Source of the DNA: Eremomyces bilateralis CBS 781.70
Taxonomy: Eukaryota
NCBI GenBank assembly: GCA_010015585.1
Contig: ML975159.1
DNA: 64,000 nucleotides
Reading direction: 5' to 3' (one strand)
The notes below the pieces were generated by a model, which saw only the letters and a list, made by a program, of their open reading frames with translations, made no database searches and was not told the DNA's origin. The position numbers and the translations under genes are program-made. This document shows positions 11,877 through 23,033 of the stretch, piece after piece (position 1 is the stretch's first letter; every line of letters begins with the position of its first letter).

Positions 11877-12528
11877 GGGTGGATGGAAGATGTACAGCAT
11901 ACCTTGAAGCATTGGGGGATTTGTATGATTAGCTTGGTAGCATTGGCACCATTTACGCGTGTCATAAATGGATCTTGGTCACAATCCCAATTCGATCGAT
12001 TGGATAATAAACGCCCATCTATTGCTATATATCGTCGTCACCCTCCCATCCGCCTAGCATTACAATCTTTAAGACTTTTTGCGGCGCACCGGCGCAATCG
12101 TGTCCGGCACACTCAAATGCGACCCCATATATATCTCAACGGATGTCGTTCCAGGAACCCAGACTGCCGATGACGCAAAAAAACGCTAACATCGGATTCC
12201 TAGCCGAGGTGTACACGAGAGGGAGGATTAGGTAGAGAGGACGGTCGTGGGAACGATCGAAGTCCGACGAACGCGCGCAGGAGAAAAAGGGGAACCAATT
12301 ACCAAAGCCATCCATGTCGCACAGACCGACGCATGGTGGCGGATTTGCCAAAGGAAAGAAAGGGGTTGAAATACAAAATCGAAGCAGCAACGTTCACATA
12401 CCATTTTACATCCCGCAAAACAAAAAGCCGAAACAATGGCCATCAAGAGGGGGGAATCGTCCACATTTTTCCACGCAAATCCGCCGACTTCAACAAGCGA
12501 TCGCACGCGTGTTTTACTTTGTCCGAAC

Positions 12529-14593
12529 CTAAGCACCCCCGAACCCGGAGCTCGCGAAGTTTGGCGCCAGGTTCGGGTACCGCTGCTGGATGGTCAATTG
12601 CGTCCGGGTCGCCTCGGCATAGCTGAGCGCGTTGATGACCTCGTTCTCGGTACGGGAGAGCTCGGCGGCGCGCTCGAAGTACTTGAGGGCTTCGGTGACC
12701 TTGCTTTGCTGGAGGAGGAGCTGGGCCATGGTGGCGACGGCGATGTCGCATTCGGGGTCGACTAGGGGCGGTTAGTCGTGGGATCTGCGGAGAGGGGAAG
12801 GAAGGGGTGGGTTAGGGAGACATACTGATCAGGGCGCTCTCGCACAGTTTCTGCGCCTCCGCGACGGCGTCCTTCGATTGCCACTGGAACAAAGCCAACG
12901 CCTTATTGATTAGCGGCAAGACGTTCATGCACATGGGCTTGGTCGCCTTCTCGAGCTCGACAGCGGTGTCGAACTTCGCGATGGCCTCCTCGTACTTCTG
13001 CTGGTCGAGGAGCAGCTCACCGTAGTAGTTGTACACCTCGGGGGCGCGCTCGAAGTTCTTGATGCACCGGCGGAAGGTGGCGAAGGACGAGGCGACCGAG
13101 CCCATCTTGTACTGCGTGACGCCGAGCTGGATGTGCGAGAAGATGAAGTCGCGGTCCAGGTCGATGGACTTTTGGTAGTCTTTGGCGGCATCGGTGAACT
13201 CGCCGAGGATGAAGTGGAGTTGGGCGCGGTGGTAGTAGATGTCCGGGTCGGCGGCATCCGTGGAGATGGCTTTTTCGAAGTCCGCGATGGCCTTTGCTTG
13301 GTCGCCTTCTGTGCGTGTTAGTACTGCTCCCAGACCTACAATCATACTATAAGAATGAAGGGGGAAACCTACCTTCTTCGAGGTACATGCTCGCCCTCTT
13401 AATAAAGCTCTGCGTTAACTCAGGCTTCAACTCCACCGCCTTGGTCAAATCATTCAACGCATCCGTATTCTCCCCCTTCAAGTACCTAAACGTCCCCCGC
13501 ATGTTATACGCAAACGCCTCATGCTCGCCCAACCCCCCAATCTCCACCGCCCGATCGAACGCCTCCCCGGCCTCCGCATAGCTCTCCGCCGTCCGTCTCC
13601 CCATCTCCGCAATCCCCTTCTGCAACTGATACAACCCTGACGCCGCATCCAGCTCCACCCCATCCTCCAGCCCCTGCGGCGGCGGCTTGGCGCGGAAGCT
13701 CTGCAGATAGTTGCTCACGAATGTCGGCGAAGGGAGGCGGCGCTTCTTATCCTTCATCATCTCGGCGGCGCGCTCGCGCGCGATGACCTGCAGCAGGCGC
13801 TCGACGGCGTTGGCGGCGGTCTCGTTGCTGAAGTGATCGATGATGCAGGAGGCGGTGTAGTCGAGCAGGGCGTCGGAGTGCTGGCCGCTGCGCTCGTAGG
13901 CGTGGCCGCGGCGGTTGAGGGCCTTGACGTACATGGGGTCGAGGCTGATGGCGGCGGTGGTGTCGGCAATGACCTTGTCCCATTCCGAGGTGGCGTTGTA
14001 GCAGGCGGCGCGGTTGGAGTAGAAGACGGGGTCTTGCTTGCAGAGGAGCGCTTGGGTGTACAGCGAGATTGCGCGGGCGTAGTTTTTGGATTGGTAGGCG
14101 GAATTCCCGGCGACTTTAAGCTTGCTGGCGAGGTCCTTGCGTTCCTGTCGGAGATTCGTTATTTTCGGCACCAGATATCTAGACACTCATATAGCCTTAC
14201 CTGCTCCCCGAGCGCGGCCACCGACTCCTCCGTCACCTCCGGCAACCCATCATTCTCCTCTTCCACCTCCGCCTTCTTCCCCCCCTTCTCCCCCCCCGCC
14301 TCCTTCGCCGCTGCGTCCTTCTTCTTCTTCTGGTTCTTCCTCTTCTTCTTCCCCGTCGTCGACGACGCCGCTGTTTCTGACGGCGCGGGACGCTTGCCGT
14401 CCGCTGTGGAGATGTAGTAGATGCCCGCCCCGGTCGCGACCACGGTCACCGTCGCAAGGGTGTACACGACGACCTTGTTCTCAGACGCCCAGGAGGAGAT
14501 CTTCTCCCAGAGGCCGGGCGCAGAGGAGGCAGGTGGGAGAGGGATGGCGGTCACGGGGAAGGGTGCCGGCTTGGTGGCCATGTTGGCGGCCAT
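12529..14593 (-). CDS. TOM70: Mitochondrial outer membrane import receptor Tom70 (TPR), multi-exon
   Basis: N-terminal TM anchor ([26 protein letters not shown]) followed by a basic stretch. TPRs [49 protein letters not shown]. Start may be 14593 or 14581. Confidence 0.96.
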
Positions 14594-15688
14594 GTGGAGC
14601 TATTGAGGGGAGAAATTGATTCAAATATTGCAGACTCGACGAGATGGGATGGCCGAGTTCGGGTCGGCGAAGGTCGTGCCGGACGCGTGATGAGGATGCA
14701 CGTCGAGGAGTAATGCCCCGCTAGGAGTCGATGGGGAGGGATGGATGGATGGAGACAATGGAAAGGAGGGTGAGCGTGGAAGATGGCCGGGAGAGATGGC
14801 GTTGAGCTGAAATTGACGGATACAGTCGATGGAGGAGGACGTGAGGTGTTGGATGGCGTGGAGAAGTTGCAGGGCAAGGGAAGTCGGAAGTCTAAGAGCT
14901 GATTGCTGTGGATTTTTATTAGCGTGCATTTTCACTTAGGCTCGGCACCGCGCCCATGATGACATCGACAGATCGACTCATCTGCTGTTCCATTGAATGG
15001 AAAATTGAAGGGGAAATATTGGAGATTTATAGGTCACTCCTCAGGAGATTCACTTTCTACTCTCTGATTCCATACCCTATTTGTTCGACCTTTCTTTTCC
15101 CTTCCCAATCCTGCCGATCGTGCCAATACAGTGCCGCATTGAGCCCCCAGGGCGAAGTTCGAGTGGCTTTATGGCACTGCTGTAACGCATACGGCACATT
15201 CGAGACCTGTAGGAATCAATCGGGGCTCATCGTTCAATCGAGGCCCAAGAAAAAATCTCGATGTACCGCAAAGGGAACGTCAAGTTACCAGGCGAGTCAT
15301 CCGGCGATATTGCACGGTTCCATTCATCTACATATCCACCATTGGTACTATCCCAACGCTCGCCCTCACCCTTCCCTTCCTAAATTCCAACCCAAAAATA
15401 AATAAAAAAACATATGAAAGCATGGAGATGAATATCGAAGCCTGTATATATCTTCAGAGTCCCTCCGAATTAGCAAAATGCCCATCGATCCAAATCACCG
15501 GCATCGTGAGCCAAGGAACGCCAAAATGCGCGGGTCTGGATATCGCACCGGTCCGAAGACCCAGCCTGACAACCCCAGCCGCGCCCCGATCTCCTGGTGC
15601 GTGATGCGTGGTCTCGTGAAAGCAAAATGACAAGCAGTGCGTGGTGACGAGGTCCCGTAGGTACCCTTTAACCGTCTCGATAACACGT

Positions 15689-17188
15689 CTAATTCACCCG
15701 ATTCTCATCCCCGAAAGGACTGCCCATCCGCTCGTTCCCCTTCCCAGGCACGTAGCTCGCCCGCTTCACTGCCTCCTCGATAACCGTGCTCAGCGCCCCC
15801 GCGCTCTTCCTCGCCGCGGGCGTCCCGATCTCCGGACTGCTGTCACCATCACCATCGGAGAAGGGTGATTGAGTGGTGTCGTCTTCGTCGGTCGATCTGG
15901 AGGCGGACGGAGGGGCGAGGAGAGAGCGCCTCGAGCGGCTGTGGCTGGGTTCGTCGTCGGAGGAATCCGCGTTGACTTGGGGGGAGTTGGAAGCGCTGGG
16001 AGGTTGGCGGGCGCGGTCGTGGGTGGTATCCGAGTCGGTGGATGAGGCGACGGAGGCTTCGGTGAAGGGACGCATGGAGAGGCCGAGGCCTTGGGGTGAC
16101 GGAGCAGCCGCGGAGGTTTCGGACACGGAGCTCGCGGTGGTGGCGCTGGCCGCGGCGGTGGTGGCGTCTTTTTTGTTTTTCTTGACGATGGTAAGGGTGG
16201 TGGGTTTCCCGTACGATGCGCCCTTGGACAGGGAGCCAGAGCGGCTTAAGTCGCTGCTCGTCGGCATTTTGATGACGGGGCGAGCGGACGCCGCGGGCTG
16301 CGGGGAGCTGGCGGTCGATTCGAAGCGGCGGACGTCGCCTAGGGCAGGGACGGGGGGCGTGAGGTCGGCGGAGAGGACGGGGGTATTGGCCTGGCTGGAT
16401 TTGACGCTGACGATAGCGGGGCGGCCGCGCATGACGGTGGTAGCGGGGGTGGAAGAGAGAACGGCGGAGCTGCGGTAACGTTCGGTGGCGACGCTGTTGC
16501 GTGTCATGGAGCTTTGGGCGTAGCTGCTGCGGACGTCTGACATGTCGGAGTACATGGTGTCGCGGATGTCGCCGGGGAGGAAGTGAAGGTCTTCAGAGGC
16601 GTTGGGTGTGGTGGAGCCGGATGTGGGGATGGGGATGGGGGGGACGGGGGGAACGAGGAGGCCTGGGGAGCCGGGTCCTGAGCGGTTGGTTACGCCTGGG
16701 ATATACGCGATCTGGATGACGTTTGATGCTCGAGTAAGGACAGTCGATGCCAACGATGCGACCGTATGCGTTGATGCTCGACCGTCGCGTTGGAGAGTGA
16801 ACTGATCCTTTTCTGGCGGGAACTCATCCTCCTCGTATTCGATAAACTCATCCTTCTTCTTTCGGATCATGAACCACCAGACAAGGAAGGTAATGAATGC
16901 TAGCGCTACGACTCCGCCGGCCACTCCACCTGCAATGGCGCCGACGTTGGGTCCCTCGGATTTGTTCCCGAGCTGCCCGCTCTCGGTGGCGCCAGACTGA
17001 CCGACCGGGACACATGAGACGGAAGCGCAGACATCGCAATCATCGGCTTGCTGAACGCACACCTCGCCGTCTTTGCAGGCCGGGCAATCCAGCTTCATCG
17101 GCGGACATTGAAGGCATCGTTTGAAGAGTCGTCGAAGCTGTTTTTCAACTTCTATCGACAACCCGTTAGCACGATCCAAAGAAAGCAT
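15689..17188 (-). CDS. OPY2: Opy2-type single-pass membrane anchor (HOG/MAPK pathway)
   Basis: Cys-rich domain CLQCPPMKLDCPACKDGEVCVQQADDCDVCASVSC, TM segment GAIAGGVAGGVVAL, conserved STVLTRASNVIQIAYIPGVT, and SPFSD/SPFGD repeats. First true ATG at 17188. Confidence 0.88.
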   Translation of the reverse strand: MLSLDRANGLSIEVEKQLRRLFKRCLQCPPMKLDCPACKDGEVCVQQADDCDVCASVSCVPVGQSGATESGQLGNKSEGPNVGAIAGGVAGGVVALAFITFLVWWFMIRKKKDEFIEYEEDEFPPEKDQFTLQRDGRASTHTVASLASTVLTRASNVIQIAYIPGVTNRSGPGSPGLLVPPVPPIPIPTSGSTTPNASEDLHFLPGDIRDTMYSDMSDVRSSYAQSSMTRNSVATERYRSSAVLSSTPATTVMRGRPAIVSVKSSQANTPVLSADLTPPVPALGDVRRFESTASSPQPAASARPVIKMPTSSDLSRSGSLSKGASYGKPTTLTIVKKNKKDATTAAASATTASSVSETSAAAPSPQGLGLSMRPFTEASVASSTDSDTTHDRARQPPSASNSPQVNADSSDDEPSHSRSRRSLLAPPSASRSTDEDDTTQSPFSDGDGDSSPEIGTPAARKSAGALSTVIEEAVKRASYVPGKGNERMGSPFGDENRVN

Positions 17189-18206
17189 GACCGCCGTGAT
17201 CGAACGTACCTGATATGTTGGAATCCATTGTGGAAGTGGAGTGAAGATCGGCAAACGCGGATCGAGGAACGGAAGTCCGAGTGAGATTAAAGAACGAGAC
17301 AAGGCCAAGCCTTCAAGCGGACCAGCTGGGCCAAGACGGCGGCTGGTACCGAAGGGCAAAGCGCTTTAGAGTCGAGGGACAAGGGAAAGTAGGCCGGCCT
17401 CCAGACAGGAAATTGATGGTTGCGCAACGTCGACTCTGCGTCGCTCCTGCAGGCAAATCGACCCCGAGCACCAGGGACTGTTTCTGGATCGACCCGTGCA
17501 GCTTCAGCGACAAGAGAGCAAACAGATGGATCGGATCTGGCACGGCCGGATCAGGCAATCGACGTCCAGTATGGTGTCACACACGACATGTCACCGGGAT
17601 CGGGTTCGACTCGGACAAAGAATGGCAGCTGGAGGATCGGTCGGGGAGGTAAACGAGGAGTGGCCAATGAAAGGGATAGGCGACAGGGGGATCGAGTGGT
17701 CAATCGGCGGTGAAATGGAGAGTCGGGAGGGAACAAACGAGCGACGGAGATGGATTGGGGGGAGGGTTTTCGAGGGAAGATGTGGTCGGAAGATTGGAGG
17801 AGGAAGATGGGAGGTGAATAGTTGATGTGGAGAGAGCGAGAGTCCAGAGAAGCAGAGAAGGTGAGGAGAAGCGATGATCGCTAGCTGGGGGGTGAGAGGG
17901 TGAGACTGGGGCTTAAGGCTTGGGCTGAGGAATAACCAAGGACCAAGCCAAATCAGCAAGGAAGTAAGAGAGCCGAGAAGACAGTCGTTGCAACAACGAA
18001 GTCCTGGTCTTTCTTTGAGAGCAGTTATTGTTGGGTTATTATTAGGGCTTTCTTTGCCCGTTGACGCTTTCGTAATGGTTGGTTCTTGTTGTTCGTAGGC
18101 GGTGGGACGGGTAAAAAGGCACCGCCTAACTTGAACGGAACTGCGTGGGTGGACAGACTGTGCTAGACTGCAAGTCGGGATCCGATCCAACTTCAACAAC
18201 AACCTT

Positions 18207-18243
18207 GCCTTAAATGCCCTTAAATGCCCTTAAATGCCCTTAT
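18207..18243. repeat. 10-bp tandem repeat (tgcccttaaa) x~3.5
   Basis: tgccttaaatgcccttaaatgcccttaaatgcccttat read directly. Confidence 0.8.
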
Positions 18244-20151
18244 AATGCTGATAACCAAATGGCTTTTAAATGAACGATGGAGGGGTTTCCAATCTCTCTC
18301 CACCTGCTTTGAATTTTGGCCCTTGACACTGAATGAGCATGCCACTGTGACCGTGAGCTGTTGAGGAGTGAGGACTGAGCACCCATAAGTCCCATATCAA
18401 CCTGGAAACACCCTCCAATCCTCCAGCCCACAGTCCACAGTTCATTCACATGGTGAGACTTGATGGCGCCAAAAGCAATGGACCCGTCCCTGCGCTGGAG
18501 GCCCGATTATTGGCTGATACCCGCGACGCTTCGCCGCTTTGGGTGTAACTACCACTCGTCGTCGTCCCGATGTTGCTCCACCGCCCAACACCCGCCTCGT
18601 CGTCGATGCTTGAGAGTCGAGAACCATCACCGGATTCTGAACGTCAGCAGAGTCTGGCCGACATTGTGCAATGTGCACCGCCTGTTTCGACATCTGTAAA
18701 ACGGAATGAATTGTGTCCTGGTCATAACCTGCAACATAAGATTAGGATGGCATAATTCCCTAGCGGAAATTAATTGAGATTGGCTTCATTACGGACGTGC
18801 AGCCAATCAGCGTGAACCTGCTGCGTCTCCCCATTCCGTTCATTTCCCTGACTCCAGCACCGCAGTCCATACATAAATCCTCCTTCTTCCACCACTTCGT
18901 CTCATCTCAGCTGCACAGCAGACTGCATCCATCATCCTGTCTCGATCAATCTGCGCCCGTCAGCACTTGTCCACGTCATTTTATCCCATCCCTCATTCAC
19001 CGTTCATACTCAGCAGCACTCCCGCCAAACCGTCCCAGAACTCACCTGCCCTGTAGGCTGTAGTACAACCATCCACCCCCATGTCGGGTAAATATATTGG
19101 CTCTCCTCGAACCCGGCTGGCCTCCCAATATTTGATGAACTGCAGATTGGATGGCACACAATTCCCATTCTTCAGGCATAATTGATGAACGAAGCGGGGA
19201 CGCGGATCGCGTTCAAGCAATCAATAATTCCTGTCTTTGTCAGTCATCTGCCAGGAATGCCATTCATCCGTGGACCGTGACCATTCGGATTTGCAGATCA
19301 GCAATTCAGCGTGGAACTCGCCTGTCGATAGTCAACCCTGCGCATGCTCACTATCGACTCAACTATTTCCCATATTATAGAAAGTGACCTTCAAACAGAC
19401 ATCATCGACATCCAGTCCCGGTACACATGAATCGACCTGACCTGTTCCGTCAGACCGTCTATTTGTCAGAGATGGGTTCGGTAGCAAAGGCACACCAATA
19501 CGACCTGCTCCGGCACCACCACCCCGTCACCAACGAACCCGCCCGAGCGAATAAGACCGTCGATCCTCCGATCCGGAGATTTTCGCTGCTGTGACGCGTG
19601 TATCCCGGTGGCACGGACGCCGTCCCAGCGCTCCATCCATTCCCAAAACCCGTGTCGCCCAGTCATCCGTATATATCGATGTTCTGCAGTCGGTACAGAT
19701 GTCAGTCGACGACTGTACGATGTCTAGCTATGGCCTTGCTCTGCCAACGTCGCTGTCTCACGCCAAAACGCGGTCCAGCGTTGAATTCTCTGCATATGTC
19801 GTGTCGCGGGGCCATTGCTCGCGTTGCACCCAGGCGTCGTAGCGTTCCTGGTCGGTGCCTGTGTGGCCATGCGACGAGCATGGGAACGGTCGATGTATGC
19901 GTCGGAGTCCCCGGTCGTCGATGAGAAGGGCACGGGAATTCTAGCGAGTAGCGGTTACAGGACTGCAGCGGAAATGATAGACTTTCATGTCGTGCATTCG
20001 TCGAAGCTGTAGATGCCAATTGCCATGATCATATTCCGCCATCAGGGTATCATGCGTAACCAAACCCCCACCGGCCCCCCAAACATCTCCGTTGCCAGGT
20101 GGTCCGATCATCCTCTCCTCCCAGGCTCCTACGCGCCATACACGTCTCTCC

Positions 20152-20754
20152 CTATTCCAACCCCCCCTCCTCCAACACCTTCACAAACCCCTTCCCAAAC
20201 CTCCCCATCTGCTCAAACGCCACCTCGAATCCCGTATCCGCCCCATAATACGGATCCACCACCACCTCCCCCCTCTGGCCTCCCCAATCCCCCCACAACC
20301 CCACCCTCGCCACCCCCTCCCCCTCGCCCCCACCCTTCCCCTTCCGCTTCCTTACCACCTTCTCCCTCACCTTCCTCAAATCTGCCACATTCTCCCTATC
20401 CATCCCCACGATCCAGTCGAACGCTAGGAAGTCCGCTTCGCGTACCTGCCGCGCGGAGTGGCTGTAGGCGGTAATGCCGTGGGCGCGGAGGGTGGCGAGA
20501 GAGCGGGGGTCGGGATCGGAGCCGGTGTGGTAGGCGGCGGTGCCGGCGGAATCAATGGCGGTGATGAGGGGATGGGTGGAGTAGTGATGGCGGAAGACGG
20601 CTTCGGCGAGGGGGGAGCGGCCTAGGGGGGGTTAGTCGGGGGTGGAGGGNNNNNNNNNNNNNNNNNNNNNNNNNNNNNNNNNNNNNNNNNNNNNNNNNNN
20701 NNNNNNNNNNNNNNNNNNNGGGTGGGGGGTGGGGTGGGGGGTGGAAGTTGTCAT
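20152..20754 (-). CDS. LTP1: Low-molecular-weight phosphotyrosine phosphatase, interrupted by an assembly gap
   Basis: RSPLAEAVF, IDSAGTAAYHTGSDPDPRS, HSARQV..DFLAFDWIVGMDREN, VVDPYYG. The CLGNIC part of the P-loop is not visible and presumably lies in the N run. Confidence 0.88.
20650..20719. other. Assembly gap (70 N) flanked by G-run tracts
   Basis: Run of n characters in the sequence. Confidence 1.
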
Positions 20755-21922
20755 GGTTATTGGGCGGAGGTGGAGCACGTAGGTGCGTGGTATAGGATGT
20801 TGTGAATCCGAGACTTGGAGTGGGGGATATCTGAGTCGACTCGGGGAATGGTTATGAAGGAATAGGTATATATATAACAGGGACTTTGAGGTTGGGAAAG
20901 TCAGGGTGAAATGGTCCAGCCTGGTGAATATCAGATCGTCGGGTACCATATGGCCTTGTTGCCTTAGATTGGTTGACACTGTGCGACTTCGTTCCTTCCA
21001 GTCAATTTCGCAACATCAGATTATGGACGTGTTTACTCAAAGTATTTCCACCCCTAAACGACCTATATCTGGTAGCCTGCTATTTATGGCCCTGGCTACA
21101 TAGTATATTGCCAGGTATCATGATGTGGAAGGTGCGGAATATCTGTAGCTCTCAAGTAATCGACGTCTTACTTCCCGGTCCTGCTCAATTTATGCGGTCA
21201 GTATATAACACATAAGTACTTCATGTCACTTTATCGAATCGTCATTGTTTCATTTTTGGAACACTGAAAAATATCTTTCCCCAGCAATTGCTAGATTTCT
21301 ACTCTTTTCGACATCCGAGTCATGGTAATAATGTTTGGTAGTTGGGCGTCAAGCACTCCTCTCGAGTTGCCTCCAAAGATGCCACGGTCGCAGGTTGCGT
21401 TAACCAAGATTCTTGGATTGTTACAGCCCACTTAAGAGATTGTAATATATATAGTTTGGGTTAAATCTACCCTAAACGTACACTGCTCTTTCGTTGTTTC
21501 ATAACTTAGGTGCCAAGCCCATCTTATCTCAACGTCGAGAATGGCCTTAAGAATCCTGCCCTTCATCCCCATCGTACATGGACTGCAAAGATCGCCATAC
21601 AGAATAGTGCAGGTCGTGTTAAGCCCATTCATATCATCCCTCCAAATCCGGGTGGTACCCGGATGCCCGCGAAGAGTGTTCGTGTCGAGTCGTAGGGTCG
21701 ACCAACAAAGTGTCGACGGAGGCACCGTCCATAAGCGCAGATATAATTCCTATGCCAGAGCTCTAAGACCGAGTAGACGGTTTCCCTTGCCATCGGAAGT
21801 ATGAAGATTCCCAAAACACCAAATGAAATCACAGCGAACCAATCATAAAACAGTCACCCCTCAAGAGAAGCGACCAGAGAATCGCCTCGAATAGTTCATC
21901 CGCTGGTAACGAGCTGGCGGCG

Positions 21923-23033
21923 TCACCCCATCACAGTGACCGTAACGCTCGACTTCGACGCGTCCAGCGCCCGCTCCAGGTCCTCATCCAGCTCGTCCGA
22001 CGACCCAAGCGGCTCGGAATGGCGGCGGTTGCGATCGCGGACCTTGCGCGAATCCAGACGCATGCTGCCTCCGGTGCCGGTGCCGCGCGAGCCGGAATTG
22101 TTGTACGTCGCCGGGAGATATTTGCGGGCCAGCGGCCGCAGCGCGGGGACGCTGATGCAGATGATCGCGAGGTTGCATTCGACGACGATCCAGGCGAAGA
22201 CGGGACCGCCGACCCCTGGGGGAAGTCAGTGTGGAACCAGTGTGATGGAGATGGACGTGAGGCGACTGCTTACAGGTGTCATCACTCTCCTCGAGCGCCA
22301 TAGCCATGCTTGCTCCCCTCACGATCGACGCAACACATGCGACTAGGCCGAGACTGACTAACACTATGAGGATGAGCTTCTCCCTCAGAGCTCGATTCAT
22401 CCTCCATATCGCGCCAACGGGCATGAGCACCACGATCAAGTCGGTCACGATGTTGGTGACCGTCGCCGCAAGGATCCTGGTACCCTCGTCCGTACATTCT
22501 TCCCCCGTCCGGCTTTCCCAGTACTTTTGAATCGGCCAGCAACTGAAGAGCGTGGCCACGAAAAATGCGATGCCCCATCCAGCCACGACAGCGATGGTCA
22601 CGAGAACGAACTTCTTGTACGCTTCGTTCGAGGTGGCGCAAATGACTCGCCGGTACAGGAAGAGGGAGCTCAATTTCGCGAAGGTCATGATCAACACGAA
22701 AAGCAGCTGGATGATCCACATGTGCAGCTCGTTCGTCTCGAACCATTCAGGTCGTTGGTCCCATTGATGTCGATCCCACCCCACGTACTGCGCGTGGACG
22801 GCGGCAACGCAGAGGCCAAGATTGCACACGAAGGCAATGCCAATAAAGATATCATCGATGTATAGCGTCCGAAGGATCCCCAGGCGAACGTAAAACCGGC
22901 CGGTGATGATGAGGATGGTGGTGATGGTGAAGCATAACGAGATGACCAAGAGATAGTTCCCTCGCGTCACTGGATTGACAAAGTTCGGTGCGGGCCATTC
23001 TGCCTGCACCTTCTCAGGGATGAGTTTGACCAT
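21923..23033 (-). CDS. PTH11-like 7-TM integral membrane protein (fungal rhodopsin domain, no CFEM), 2 exons
   Basis: WPAPNFVNPVTRG, RFYVR...DD, GWDRHQWD, AKLSSLFLYRRV, CWPIQKYW, NIVTDLIVVLMP. Exon 2 reads WIVVECNLAIICISVPALRPL and stops at 21923. Confidence 0.88.

Noticed and set aside
9567..11965. Long antisense ORFs (9567-10355 +, 10955-11965 -, 11019-11912 -) and similar ones opposite atfA, VPS27 and the BTB gene
   Set aside because: They are shadows of GC-rich, codon-biased real genes on the other strand and have no recognisable motifs.
17189..17359. 57-codon N-terminal extension of the OPY2 ORF given in the ORF track
   Set aside because: It begins at a non-ATG codon and has no recognisable feature. 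The first ATG at 17188 directly precedes the conserved Cys-rich domain.
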